Assembly (NCBI RefSeq): GCF_009914755.1 | Contig: NC_060927.1 | DNA from: the human T2T-CHM13v2.0 reference genome, Homo sapiens | DNA length: 64,000 nucleotides | Direction: 5' to 3' (one strand) | In this document: positions 12,571-26,802 of the stretch, piece by piece | How the letters are laid out: the number at the start of each line of letters is the position of its first letter | Position numbering within the stretch: the first letter of the stretch is position 1 | Program-made: the position numbers and the translations under genes | The notes under the pieces: model-generated | The model's input: only the letters and a program-made list of their open reading frames with translations | The model's database searches: none | What the model was told of the DNA's origin: nothing

Positions 12571-13739
12571 AAAGAAAATTGGAATGTTGTGCATACATAT
12601 GGTGATGTCTCACGAAAGGAGAGAAGAATCAAAGAAGATACAGTGAAAGATCCCAGAGGCTAGGAGCCTATCAAATGGGAATAAACTAAACATTTAAGAT
12701 CCTATAGGGCTCTAAGGAAATGTAGTTAAAAATCAGTAAAGTCACACTAGCTATACTGTTTTAAGTGATTATATTATCTTATTTAATCCTTAACAATCCC
12801 CAGAGATTGGTCCCATTTTTAGAGTTGAGAAAAAAGGAAATGCAGAAGTTAAGCCATTTTCCCCATATCATGCAACCCAAATCTGCCGTAAAGTCACACA
12901 GTTGGTCTGGTTCCAGAGCCCATGCTTGGAACCTGCCTCACTCTCTTGCCTCCGATTAAGCCATAGATAGGGTGACAGTGGAATTGTTTGCCAAATTCTG
13001 GAGTTCTTGAGCTGAAAGTTCCTGATGTGTGAGAAGGAAACAATCAGCCACAATGTTTAATGGACTTGTGAAACTTTATGCCAATGTAAATTGAGTGAAA
13101 GCAGTGTGATCAGAAGGGATACAAAGAAGATAAAATGAAAAGTCACAGAAATCAGTCTCTAGCCAGATAGGAATAAACTACTATTTCCATTTGTAGTCTT
13201 ATTTGGGATTTCTCAGTTGCATCAAAATTGACAGTCCAAGGCCCAGTACCATATAAATAATATGTGAAAAGATGAGGAAGTATTTGCTTTCATTTGGGAT
13301 GAAAATTGAAGTAGGAACTCCTATACTTCTATACTCTTAGAAAAGACTTTTACTTCCCATCAAAGTATACCATGGTACTTTCTCAGATTATGTGAAATTG
13401 TTTTAAAAATTCCATACAAGAGTAACTAAAAGTGGTAAACTAAAAGTGGTAATAATAAGCTGAAATAAGTTATACTTTTTATTAATGTAACAATCTGTTT
13501 TTCTGAGTAAGAACAATAGTAGAAAATATCTACATGTAGCTAGAGATAGGCAATAAATTCACTGCTATTTGGAACATTTAATATTTCACACTATGTTTAA
13601 AAATTGAAATACAAACATATATAGTAGAAAGTGAAAGTTAATACATATACATACCAATATATGTGTACAAATATATTTACATTTATTTATGTATTGGATT
13701 TTTGTTTCATTCCATGTTAGTACATGTAGACTGACGTGA

Positions 13740-14491
13740 TTTTTTTTTTAACTTTATTTTAGGTTCAGGGGTACATGTGCAGGTTTGTTACATAGGTAAA
13801 TTGTGTTTTGTAGGGGTTTGGTGTACAGATTATTTTGTCACCCAGGTGATAAGCATGGTACCGGATAGGTAGTTTTTCAGTCCTTACCCTCCTCCCACCC
13901 ACTACCCTCAATGTAGGCCCTGGTGTTTGTTGTTTCCTTCTTTGTGTCCATATGAATTCAGTGTTTAGCTCCCACTTACAAGTGACAACATCTGGTGTTT
14001 GGTTTCCTGTTCCTGTGTTAGTTTGCTTAGAATAATGGCCTCCAGCTTCATCCATGTTGTTGCAAAGGACACGATCTCTTTCTTTTGTGTGGCTGCATAG
14101 TATCTCATGGTGTATATGTACCACATTTTCTTTATCCAGTATACCAATGATAAGAATTTAGGTTGCTTCTGTGTCTTTGCTTTTGTGAATAGTGCTGTGA
14201 TGAACACACACATGCATGTGTCTCTATGATAGAATAACGCCTATTCCTTTATGTATATACCCAGTCATGGGATTGCTGGGTTGAACGGTAATTCTGTTTT
14301 AAGTCCTTTGAGGAAAGCCAAACTGCTTTCCACAGTGGCTGAACTAATTTACTTTCCCACCAGTAGTGTGTAAGTGTTCCCTTCTCTCCACAACCTCACC
14401 AGTATCTGTTATTTTTTGACTTTTAAGTAATAGCCATTTTAACTGGTGTGAGATGATGTCTCATTGTGGTTTTGATCTGCATTTCTCTAAC
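13740..14491 (-). mobile_element. 5'-truncated older L1PA element (3'UTR and ORF2 C-terminus)
   Basis: Poly-T then aggttcaggggtacatgtgcaggtttgttac; ORF 13965-14213 reads WIKKMWYIYTMRYYAA...WMKLEAIILSKL (L1 ORF2 end). Confidence 0.92.
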
Positions 14492-14798
14492 AACATGCCA
14501 ATCAAATTTAAAATCAGTTATGCTACATAAATTTACCATAGTTAAGCTGCGACTGATGGGCATGTAGTTAGTTTACGATAATAGTTTTTCTCTATTAAAA
14601 ACAATGCTATAGAGCATGTATGTGTCCATATATTTTTGAGCATTTTTTCTAGCATGTTTGTAGGAAGTTTCCTAGAAGAAGGATTATTGGTTCAGTCCTT
14701 CTAGGAAAAAGTTATTTGTCAAAATGTTAAATAATATTTTCAAATAGTTTTCCAGAAAGATTGTACCAATTTATTGTTCAATTAAGAGTGGGATTCTT

Positions 14799-15094
14799 GG
14801 CCAGGCATGGTGGCTCACACCTGTAATCCTAGCACTTTAGGAGGCCAAGATGAGTGGATCATGAGGTCAGGAGTTCAAGACCAGCCTGGCCAAGATGGTG
14901 AAACCCCGTCTCTACTAAAAATAAGAAAATTAGCCAGGCATGGTGGCAGGTGCCCGTAATCCCAGCTACTCAGGAGGCTGAGGCAGAGAATTGCTTGTAC
15001 CCGGGAGGCGGAGGTTGCAGTGAGCTGACATCATGTCACTGCACTCCAGCCTGGGTGACAGAACAAGACTCTATCTCAAAAAAAAGAAAAAAAA
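14799..15094 (+). mobile_element. AluS (AluSg-like)
   Basis: Full dimer, gatca-tgaggtc deletion form with ccaagatggtg, A tail. Confidence 0.92.
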
Positions 15095-15501
15095 TCTTTT
15101 AAATTAATTTGAAATCTGTAAGTGAAAAAGCCATGTTATATAAATATAAATTTATTTCCTTATTGGTGATGTTATGTGTTTTTTCTTTCTTTCTTTTTTT
15201 TTTTTTTTTGCCATTTCTATTTCTCCTGGAAATTGCCTTTTCATGCTCTTGCCCCATTTAAAAAAAAAAGGCGATTTCTCACTACCTATTGATTATGAAG
15301 TGCATTTCCACATCTTTAGTTCCCACTGGCAGTATTGTAATCACACCTTGAGTGTTGGCAGTGAACAGTGATCAGATGTCTTCAGTGCAAAATGATTGAA
15401 ACACCTAGGTACAAAAAGAGAGTTGTGTTTTTTTTTTTGTAAAAGGTTTTTTTCCACCTGTTTTTAAAGTACTGGTCCAGGGGGAAGCAGTCTTCTTTTT
15501 T

Positions 15502-15804
15502 AATTTTTATTTGTTTATTTATTTAGAGATGGAGTCTCACTCTGTTGCCCAGGCTGGAGTGCAGTGGCTCAATCTCGGCTCACTGCAACCTCGTGTGTTC
15601 AAGCGGTTCTCCTGCCTCAGCCTCCTGAGTAGCTGGGACTACAGGTGCCCACCACCACGCCCAGCTAATTTTTATTTTTTTAGTAGAGACAGGGCTTCAC
15701 CATGTTGGCCAGGCTGGTCTCAAACTCCTGGCCTCAGGTGATCTGCCTGCCTCGGCCTCCCAAAGTACTGGGATTACAGGTGTGAGCCACTGCACCAGGT
15801 CCCC
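15502..15804 (-). mobile_element. AluS with target-site duplication
   Basis: Antisense dimer flanked by cagtcttctttttt at 15488-15501 and 15805-15818. Confidence 0.92.
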
Positions 15805-16009
15805 CAGTCTTCTTTTTTTTATAGAGCCAGTTAGAAAATACTTAGGTTTTGTGAGCCATGCAGTCTACATCACAGCAACTCAGCTCTGTCGTAGCATGAA
15901 AGCAGCCATGGATAAAACCTGAATAGTTGTGTTCCAATAAAACCTTATTTATGGACATTGAAATTCGAATTTCATATAAATTTCATTCGGCATGAAATTT
16001 TATTCATTT

Positions 16010-16325
16010 GATTTTTTTCCTCACAAACATTTGAAAAGGGGTACACGTGATATTTCATGTAAGTATACAATGTGTAATGGTCAAATCAGGGTAACTGGGA
16101 TATCCATCACCTCAGGCATTCATTTCTTTCTATTAGGAACCCACTCTTTGAGTTACTTTGAAATATACAATACAGTATTTTTAACTATAATCACCCTATT
16201 GTGCTATGGAACACTAGATATTATTCCTTCTCACTAACTGTATTTTTGTACTCATTTACCAGTACCTCTTTATCTCCTCCTTCCCCATGACTCTCTAGTA
16301 ACTGTCATTCTACTCTCATAAATAT
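16010..16325 (-). mobile_element. L1MA-type 3' fragment
   Basis: ggggtacacgtgatattt...aatggtcaaatcagggtaactgggatatccatcacctca. Confidence 0.7.
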
Positions 16326-17856
16326 GTACAGTTATTATGTATCCATAACAATTAAAAACAAAAATGAAAACAAAACATTCCTAAATCCCAAGCTGTACAA
16401 AAATAGGCAGTGGGCTGCGATTTGGCCTGTGGGCTATAGTTTGCCAACACCTGCTTCAGACCTTTTCTGTAAGAAACCACTGAGAAAAACTGTCAATAAC
16501 CAATACCTTTAGGACTTGTAAGCCACTGAGGCTATGGGCAAGACTACATTTTGTTGTCTCATCTTTTGAACTTTTCACATCTGGACCTGAGTCTACAGAA
16601 TTTGGCTTCATTTAAAAAAGTAAAACTCACTGTGAAATGTGGGGTTAATATATATTAATATGCCAAAAGCTAGAGATAATGGCATGTTTTATGTATAATG
16701 ATCCCTCCATAAATACTAACTCTCACACTGTTTTGAATGGGTTTAGTTTGATGTAGTATATGATGTCTAAGGTCTCTGAATAAAGATATCCCAGCAAAGT
16801 GTGATTTTAGAGTTTTATGTAAAATTTCCATGGCATATATACATACCCATAAAACATAGGTAATTTCAAATACTTTCAGTTACTTTTACTAAAATACCAT
16901 ATTACTATTAGCATTTCTGTTTATTTCATCTCTTGTGGAAATTGTCATCTCAGTGACAAAGATTTTGGGGGTAGTTTGTGTCCACTCTGTAGTCTCCCAA
17001 CATCTGACCTCCATGACACTGTGAAGTAGTCAGTTTCAGTCCATGCTCTACCCCAACTTGAATGGGTGGAGGGATGAGTCTGCCTTTCATTTTTGTTATA
17101 TGCAAAAGAAGGAGGTTAGATTAGTTGATCTCTAGATTGTCTTCTACCTCAAATATCCTGGTATTCCTATAGAACATGTAAATTTATGCATATGATTTTA
17201 GAGTGAACTGTACTAGTCTACATAGCAGAAATTATTACTGCTGTTTATCCCAGCAGTGTATAGGTTATATACTATATGAACTGTCTCTGTATCTCCACTG
17301 ACACTGAGTGCTCACTTTTAGTGGTGCCGGAGAAAGAAATGTGGCTGGTTGGAAATGAATACCACTTAGTAGTTAAATGAGTTCAGCTTCGTAATGAAAT
17401 AGAACTCAGCAGAGGTTGTAGAGGGTTTCAATAAAAGTGATTATTATTAAAGTTCAGTGAACTTTATACAACAATACACCCTTTTATTTCTTCTGGCATT
17501 ATATTTAGGTATTGATGTCTGTTCCTCCTTCTGTTTGAGAGTCACCTCTGAGGATCATAAAAAATTGAGATAAGTGATGTAAACTTCCACATGTGTTATA
17601 TGTTTTGTTTATGTTAAAATAGCGAATATGCCTTGTGTAGAATTAGACTGCATGTTATAAGTCTGACCTGTTTTATCATTTACATTTGAACTTATTGAAA
17701 TGAGAAGTCATCTTCAGAAGAGACTTTGCACAATAACATGTAATAAAGGTGTTGGCATTAATTCTTAAATGGATTTGATGTAGTTGTATATGGTATGGTG
17801 AGTCATGGTATCTAATATCTTTGAACAAAGAATTTACAGCAAAGAATGATTTAGAG

Positions 17857-18189
17857 TTTAATGTAAATTTTGTATTTTATACACACCAATACAAACAAGT
17901 AATTACAAACAGATCAATCACTTTCCTCTCAGTAGTTATGCTGTGCAACTTTGTAATCATATTTAATTAATTTTTTTTCACTAAGGTAAAATGTTCATTA
18001 ACCTAATTAGCAGCTATTTTCTAGAAGCTAATTAATAAAGGTAAGTGTCAGTGATGGTATTATTGAAGTTGTAAAAAATTAGTAAAACTAGTTTCTCTAG
18101 AATTAAGGAAATATTTCTATATTTTTTAGTATTAGAATGTCATAAAAGTAAGTCTCCTTATTTTAATGACTTCGATATTTCTTTTTATT
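17857..18189 (-). terminator. P2RY12: Cluster of candidate P2RY12 poly(A) signals
   Basis: AATAAA at 18189-18184; ATTAAA at 18167-18162 and 17862-17857, in an AT-rich 3'UTR. Confidence 0.5.
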
Positions 18190-18816
18190 GTAAAGGTCTT
18201 CTTTAAATCTTTATCTTCTAAATAAACATAAAAAATTAAGTCCAATCAAATACAGTTTCAATTAGTTTAAATCCCTTAGGTTTTTGCTAATAATGAAAAG
18301 TTAATAGTTATTATTCTTTGTGTATCCCACTTACTTAAATTTTTATAAGTATCCCAATAGGTCAGGATTTGGTTAGGGGACTAGGATATATATACATTTT
18401 AACTATCATTTTTGGTAAGAAGATTATATCCAATTGATCGTTCTTCCTTAGTTGATTATGAAAAAATAAAATTGTGAACGATAATGTATTTTAAAAATTA
18501 CAGTAAATATTATATGATTACTCATTTTGGCAAAACTCTGCAAAACATGAATTCTGTGTAGTTTTGCATGCAGCATGACAATTGGATGTCGTTTGTTTTG
18601 CTGCTAATACAGCTACAGTTTAGATTAGTTTTCTATATTTTAAGATAGCTTTTCATACTGGAAAGGTAAATGAAAATTGCTTTTGTAATCTTCTGTTTCT
18701 TTAGAGTCATTATTATTAACTTAGTTGCTTCTTCGTCAGTTAATATTTTTACTTAGCGCTTTGCTTTAACGAGTTCTGAACACAAAGAGATTGAAATATT
18801 TCCTTAGTTAATTTGT

Positions 18817-19893
<1,077 letters not shown>

Positions 19894-21596
19894 CTAAGGT
19901 AGTTATTATTGCTGTTATCTCTGTGTGTAACTTTTTTGGACACAGCCTCCTCTAAAAGTTGAGGTTTCTCATCTTCATTGTAGTAGTTAGTATGAACACA
20001 GAAAACTGAATCCCAAAATATTTCATTGCAGCAAATATTGCATCTCTGCTGAAGAGAAATGATCTGAAGTACAATATGTGAAGTTATAGATGCTTAGTAT
20101 TTTTTTATTTGTTGAATGTTTGCCTCTTAAAGCACATTTTGTCTTAGAGCTCACTCATATTTATATGCAAAAGCTGGAAGAGAAATAATGGGGCTGTGCT
20201 TTACTCTTCTCTAGCTTCCCCTCCATGCCTTTTAGCTTTTTGGTTTCTATTCACAGTCACTTTTCCCCCCAACGTCCTTATTTCTGAGCTTCTTTTACTG
20301 TAGTACCGTCAAAACAGTTGAGAGAGAAATGATGGATAATTGCCTGTTAGAATCCTAAAGTAATAAAAAGGGGGAAGAAATTGATGAAAAATTACTCTTG
20401 GGAAACTTATTAAATAAAATACTGAATCAGTAAAAAAAAAAAAAAAGCTGACCTTTTTTCTTTATATTTGGAAGATATTCCTGCCTCTATATTGCTCACT
20501 CATTCAAAGATTGGCCTCACGGAGATTCATTATTCTGCTTCAAATATTTTAACCCATGTGTATCTTATTTCCAACTTTCCTCAGTGTTTTGAAGTTGCTG
20601 CATACATTTTCTTGAATATCATTCAGTATAAATTTTAAAACAGTAAAAAAAAAAATAAGAGTCAGAAATGGCCTGTGTATATATGGTCATGAGTTGGCAT
20701 TCCTCAAAACAGGGCATACTTTCCAGATTTATGGAGTGTGTAATGGTAGCTAAAATAAAATATAGGTTATTACCACAATAGGCAGCTATAATGAAAACTA
20801 ACAAGTGACTTGAATATGCTATATGGCATCTACATCTTGGGAATTTGAAATGACATTTGTAATCTTTTTATTTCACCAGAGATAAGTGAAATTGATTCTA
20901 TATAAAATATTCTTAATAATCAGAGATATATTGAAAGTACAAATAACAAATTTTAAAAAATAACTTTCGTGTAAAAGATATTTAGATAAATGAATGTAGC
21001 ACTTAAATTCCCCAAAATGTCCATGGAATTCCTTTCTGTCCTTAATTATGGAAGGAAAACGATTAAGAATCATGTTGTCACAGTATGGCTTCAATTTTCA
21101 GCATCTCCTCACCTATTTAGCGCTTTAAAATAATGCTAAACAAAACCTAATGTTTTCCAATACAAGATCACTGATTTTAACCTTTCCTGCTACTGCTGTG
21201 TGGTCTTAGTTCATCCCTGACCGTTTTGGAAATTCGACTTAGTGAATATACATTTTGTGTAGTCTGTAAGATATTTAACAAGTATTCTTGACATTGAGAA
21301 TTTCAGCTCCCTTTATCTGTATTTAAATCTCATTTTATACTTGAGGCAAAGTAACTAAGACCATTTATATTTTATTTCTATGCTTTGTATAATTTTTCTT
21401 AATAAAGAGGCTAATTAACAATTGTCTCTGACATCACTAATTAGACTTCTATTTTAATTGTAATTTTTATTCCAAATACATGCTTGCATTGATAGTTATT
21501 AAGGTTTACAATTTTAAGAGAAACTTGGAAAAAATGTACACACATATCAGAGTGTAAATACATATATTTGTCAAGTACTTGTAGAAATAACATTAC

Positions 21597-21761
21597 CTGA
21601 TAACTGTTGATTCTGGAGGGTTTGAATGTATCCAGTAAGTAGTAGTTATTGCAGCCTGCAGAGTGGCATCTGGTATTTTCCTTTTAATGTCTTAGTTTAG
21701 TTGCCAAACCTCTTTGTGATAGAGGATTTCCTGAGTTTTCGTCAGTAAAGTCTTGAGTGCT
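21597..21761 (-). other. P2RY12: P2RY12 non-coding 5'UTR exon (165 nt)
   Basis: Long pyrimidine tract ctttttctctccttctatttctctctAG (AG 21763-21762) and donor CAG|GTAATG at 21596, 1.7 kb upstream of the coding exon. Confidence 0.85.
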
Positions 21762-22570
21762 CTAGAGAGAAATAGAAGGAGAGAAAAAGAGGGCTTCACA
21801 ATCAGAGATTGTCTTCAAACACTGGACTCAAAGCTATGCAGACACTGAATTTCTATCTGTCCTCTTTTAGGACTTCTGCTTTTATTTCCCAGGAAATGTG
21901 GGATGAGGATGGCTGAGAAGTCATCTTTTAAAAAGCAATTTAAAATCTTGCGGCTTTTTACTGAAACCTGCTATAGAGTTGATGATTTATAACTTCGAGT
22001 TATGGTTATTTTCTATGCAAATGATAAATCCAAGTTGAGATCAAGCCTTCGAAGTCTGCTTCCTGGAGAAGATTTTAAGCTTGCTTTCTTGGGTGGTTAA
22101 TTTATCTGAAATATATTGTGTACAACACTGGGTGATGTATTTTCTTCTAACAAGTAATTATGTTAACTCAAAATGCGTGCTGGCTAGGGATGTTAAGTCT
22201 CTGGCCCTTTGTTTTTCCCTTGGTTAATAATGTCATTATTTTAAACCTGTGTTTGATTAACTCCTTTGTAGGTGAAACAGCTTCCTTCTATTATAAATTA
22301 GCAGATTCCAAAATTACATTAGAGAAGTGATTGTATCCATTGCCAGGCTTATTATATACTGTGTCGTTCATGCTTTTCTTGAATAGAATTTAAATATAAA
22401 CAATTTTTTTTTGTTTCTTTACCTAACTTTGAGTTTTTGGGAAAATATAACATTAAATTAAGGCATCCTTGTATCACAATTATTTACAGTTATTTAACTT
22501 TGAAACCAGAAGGGCAAAAAATATGTTAGGGGTGAGATTGAAGGGCAAAGTGTTTTGCTGCTTTAACTTT

Positions 22571-23241
22571 TTTTTTTTTAATTTTATTATTATTATACGT
22601 TAAGTTTTAGGGTACATGTGCACAATGTGCAGGTTAGTTACATATGTATACATGTGCCATGCTGGTGTGCTACACCCATTAACTCGTCATTTAGCATTAG
22701 GTATATCTCCTAAAGCTATCCCTCCCCCATCCCCCCACCCCACAACAGTCCCCAGAGTGTAGTGTTTCCCTTCCTGTGTCCATGTGTTCTCATTGTTCAG
22801 TTCCCACCTATGAGTGAGAATATGTGGTGTTTGGTTTTTTGTTCTTGCGATAGTTTACTGAGAATGATGATTTCTAATTTCATCCATGTCCCTACAAAGG
22901 ACATGAACTCATCATTTTTTATGGCTGCATAGTATTCCATGGTGTATATGTGCCACATTTTCTTAATCCAGTCTATCATTGTTGGACTTTTGGGTTGGTT
23001 CCAAGTCTTTGCTATTATGAATAGTGCCGCAATAAACATACGTGTGCATGTGTCTTTATAGCAGCATGACTTATAATCCTTTGGGTATATACCCAGTAAT
23101 GGGATGGCTGGGTTAAATGGTATTTCTAGTTCTAGATCACTGAGGAATCACCACACTGACTTCCACAATGGTTGAACTAGTTTATAGTCCCACCAACAGT
23201 GTAAAAGTGTTCCTATTTCTCCACATCCTCTCCAACACCTG
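22571..23241 (-). mobile_element. Young 5'-truncated L1PA (L1PA2/3-like), about 670 bp, with 15-bp TSD
   Basis: TSD tgctgctttaacttt at 22556-22570 and 23242-23256; ORF 22797-23039 is the L1 ORF2 C-terminus. Confidence 0.95.
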
Positions 23242-23422
23242 TGCTGCTTTAACTTTATGTAAATATTGCTTTGCAGAAACACACCTCCCTGGTGTCTCAA
23301 ACTGCAGTGTCCTTCTGTTATCAGTGGGAATCATTTGTGTTGGTGCCTTTGCTGTGAACACGTTTTGGTTTTTTCTTCTGCGTTTTGAGTATTTGTCTAT
23401 GTCTTTACATGTTAAATATCTT

Positions 23423-23600
23423 CATTGGTTTTCACAGTGCAGAGCAGCAGCTCTGCATCACTTGGGAACTTGCTAGAAATGCACATTTTTGGGCACCAAT
23501 CTAGCTGAGTGAATCAAAAACTCTGGGGTGCCCCACCCTGCATCTGTATTTTAGTGAGCCTTCCATTGATGCTTGGTACACTCAAATGTGAGGACCACTG
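23423..23600. mobile_element. MER5A (hAT-Charlie MITE)
   Basis: gcatcacttgggaacttgctagaaatgca...gaatcaaaaactctgggg...tgaggaccactg. Confidence 0.75.
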
Positions 23601-26470
23601 ATTTAAATGGAATAAGAATTTTGTTGCCATTTAGAACTTGAAGCTATTAATATCAGTCACTTCAGACACATAATAATCCCCAAATGTTGGTCATCTTAAA
23701 GGGATTAGTTTGATATTAAACTCTTGGAAAGGGTTGTATTGTTATTTTTAAATATGACTATTGTAAACAAATCTTAGCCTTCCTTATTTGTTGGAGTCTC
23801 AAAATTTTAAAAAGAGCTTTTATGCTGTATGTACTTCAAATAATAATTGTCAATATTTAATTTCTTACACTGTCATGGATTAACTCACTTTATTAATAAT
23901 CTCAACTATTCTCTGAAGTACGCGTATCATCCTCATTCTCTGGATGAGGGGAACTGAAGAGCAGAGCAGTGAAGTTACATGGAGACCCCATTCTGACCTG
24001 TGCTGTCTAGTTAGCCTTAGAATCTGTATTTGTGTATTTCTGTACCTGAGAATCTTTCCCTATCACACCCTCTCCTCAACCCCTCTCCCACTAAGAGGCC
24101 CCAGTAGTGAGAAGTGAATCTCGTGTGGGATGGTTGTACGTCTTTCAATAAAATAAGGACCATACTCTCCTTTACAGCAAATTGTAAATGCTAAAGGATG
24201 TTTATGATGCTTTTTCTAAGACCATCAAATGAAACAAGGCTTATTCAAGAAAATGATTATTTTTAACAAATCAATCTGCCATATTACTAATTCAGAATAC
24301 TTAGGTCATACTACCTTATTGAGAATTTATATTTCTAAACCTCTAGAAGGGCTAACAGTAGAGATTTGAGGGATAAAAGAAGGGCTTCAGTTCTTGATCT
24401 AAATTAACTTTATTTTTCCTCTGATTTTTAACTCACAACCACATACCTATTTACAAACCACCTCTGATAACATTTTTTCATTGGAGGAAGACTGCCAGTT
24501 AGACCACTTAATGCTGAAAGTGACTAAAATCTTTAAGTGAAAAGTATCTCAGTTACAGAAGTATATTTTCATATGAATAGAAGCAGAGCAAGTTATAGAT
24601 ACTTTAATCTCTCATTAGTAAATAACATCAACACATACAGTTTGTAGTTATTTGTGTTAGTGTTGGGAACAGAGCTAACTTTGGTTGGTTTGGTTATTTT
24701 GTACAATTGAGATGAGTTAGAAAAATGAACAGAATTTTTACTTTTAAGTTATTTTACCAAGTCTACTAAAGGTAGTCTGCTCATCTGAAAATGTTTGCTT
24801 CAAATGGGATTACTCTGAAACCTGTAGTCTTTTGGAACTGGGCAGGAGGATAGAGATATAATTATGACATTTGATAGCTCTTAGGCTGTTTTAGTTCCAG
24901 TGGTCTCTGGTTCTAAATGTGGTCATTTTGACATTAATATTTTGTTTGAGGGTGTGTATTTTAAAGCAGTGCATAGTCATGTCTGCTAGCTTGGCTTTAT
25001 CCATTGGAATATAGAAATTTAGGTTAGATACCAACAGGTTCCAAAAGTAACGAGTCTTGGGCATTGAAATATTTCGCAAAAATGAATGCCGTCTTTTGTG
25101 ACCTAGTTATCTGACATCCCAGTCTTAAGTGTTCTGCTTGCAAGAAGAGGACTAGTAGATATATAAATATCAGTCATACTGTGGACTATAAGCTGTGTAG
25201 AACAAAGATTTAATATACAAATGTAGTTAAATCCGCCTCCTATTTTCTTGATTTACAGAAAATATACTCTATGTATAGTTACTAATGATTAAAAAAAAAA
25301 CCTGTTAATTTCTTCATTCCTGTAACAGTTTCCTCATCCATGTGCACACCCATTCTTCCTCCCAGGCTCGAAGCTTATTCCTGATGGAACATTTATATGA
25401 ACTTGTTTTATTCTAAACAAAATAGCATGGTATATTGAAAGATACAGCTGAAAGAAATAGTGTTTTAAGGCATCTTTTAAGAGTTATTTAATAAGCTAAA
25501 AATTTTAACTAAATGCATTTATTGTTTCTAAAGACTGGTTTTTACTGCTTTTCTTAGAGACGTGATAGGTTGCTATGTGCAGTTTACTTCCGGATATATA
25601 CTGGATTTGCATTTGAAGTAGAGCATGCAAAAATTAGGAAGTACTGGGAAGTATGAAGTGCCATATTTTGTCTTATCAGAAGGACAATTACATCCACTTC
25701 ATCTGTTTTTATTAGTGTTTGGAAGAAAGGAAGCGCATTCTGAGTGAGATCTTTTTCATTTTTCCTTAAGGACATTAGTAATTTAAAAATTCTATGATAA
25801 TTGAATCATTGTTGAAATATCAGAAAATGTGAGTAAGGTGAAAGGATAATACACAGCTCTGATCATCTTACCATCATTATGACATCTTTGTCAACACATA
25901 CACATTTTGGCAAAATTTCTAATCAGTTATTTTAAAGAAATAAAGATGAATTAGAGCAGACCTCAATTCCTTTAACTCCATTTCTTCTTTCTAAGGACAT
26001 TTGGCTCAAGAGACATATTTTAATTCGCGTAGTACAACAAGCCTACCAGGGTTTTGGGCATGCATGTTTCTAGTTTCTTCATCTATTAAGTTTCTGTGAG
26101 TATGAGATAATATCTGGAGAAAGAAAGTAATTGATCTAAAGGACGAGATTTTTAGAACTTAGTTTACATGGGAGATGACACATTCAATTCAATAGCAGCA
26201 GGTGGACTAGGATAAAAGAGGTAGCCTGACGTCTCCTGTAACAGACTCTCCAGTTGATGCTTTTCCTTGTCCAACAACTGTATCCTTGAGGGAATAAACA
26301 AGAGTAATTTTTGGGTGTTTATCTCAGATTATTAATATTACTTACAACTGTGCAACTTGAGGGCGTTTAAACACCAAGTTGAAAGAGCAGAAATCGTTGA
26401 TACTTTTGAAAATATTTGGTATATTTTCTTAGGTTGACTTTATTCTCATTTGTTATGAATTGCTATTTGA

Positions 26471-26802
<332 letters not shown>

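Larger units (their letters stand above)
15478..16453. mobile_element. MER58B-like hAT element interrupted by an Alu and an L1M fragment
   Basis: cagggg start, caactcagctctg...aaagcagccat...gttccaataaaacc body, gatttggcctgtgggctatagtttgccaacacctg end. Confidence 0.7.
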
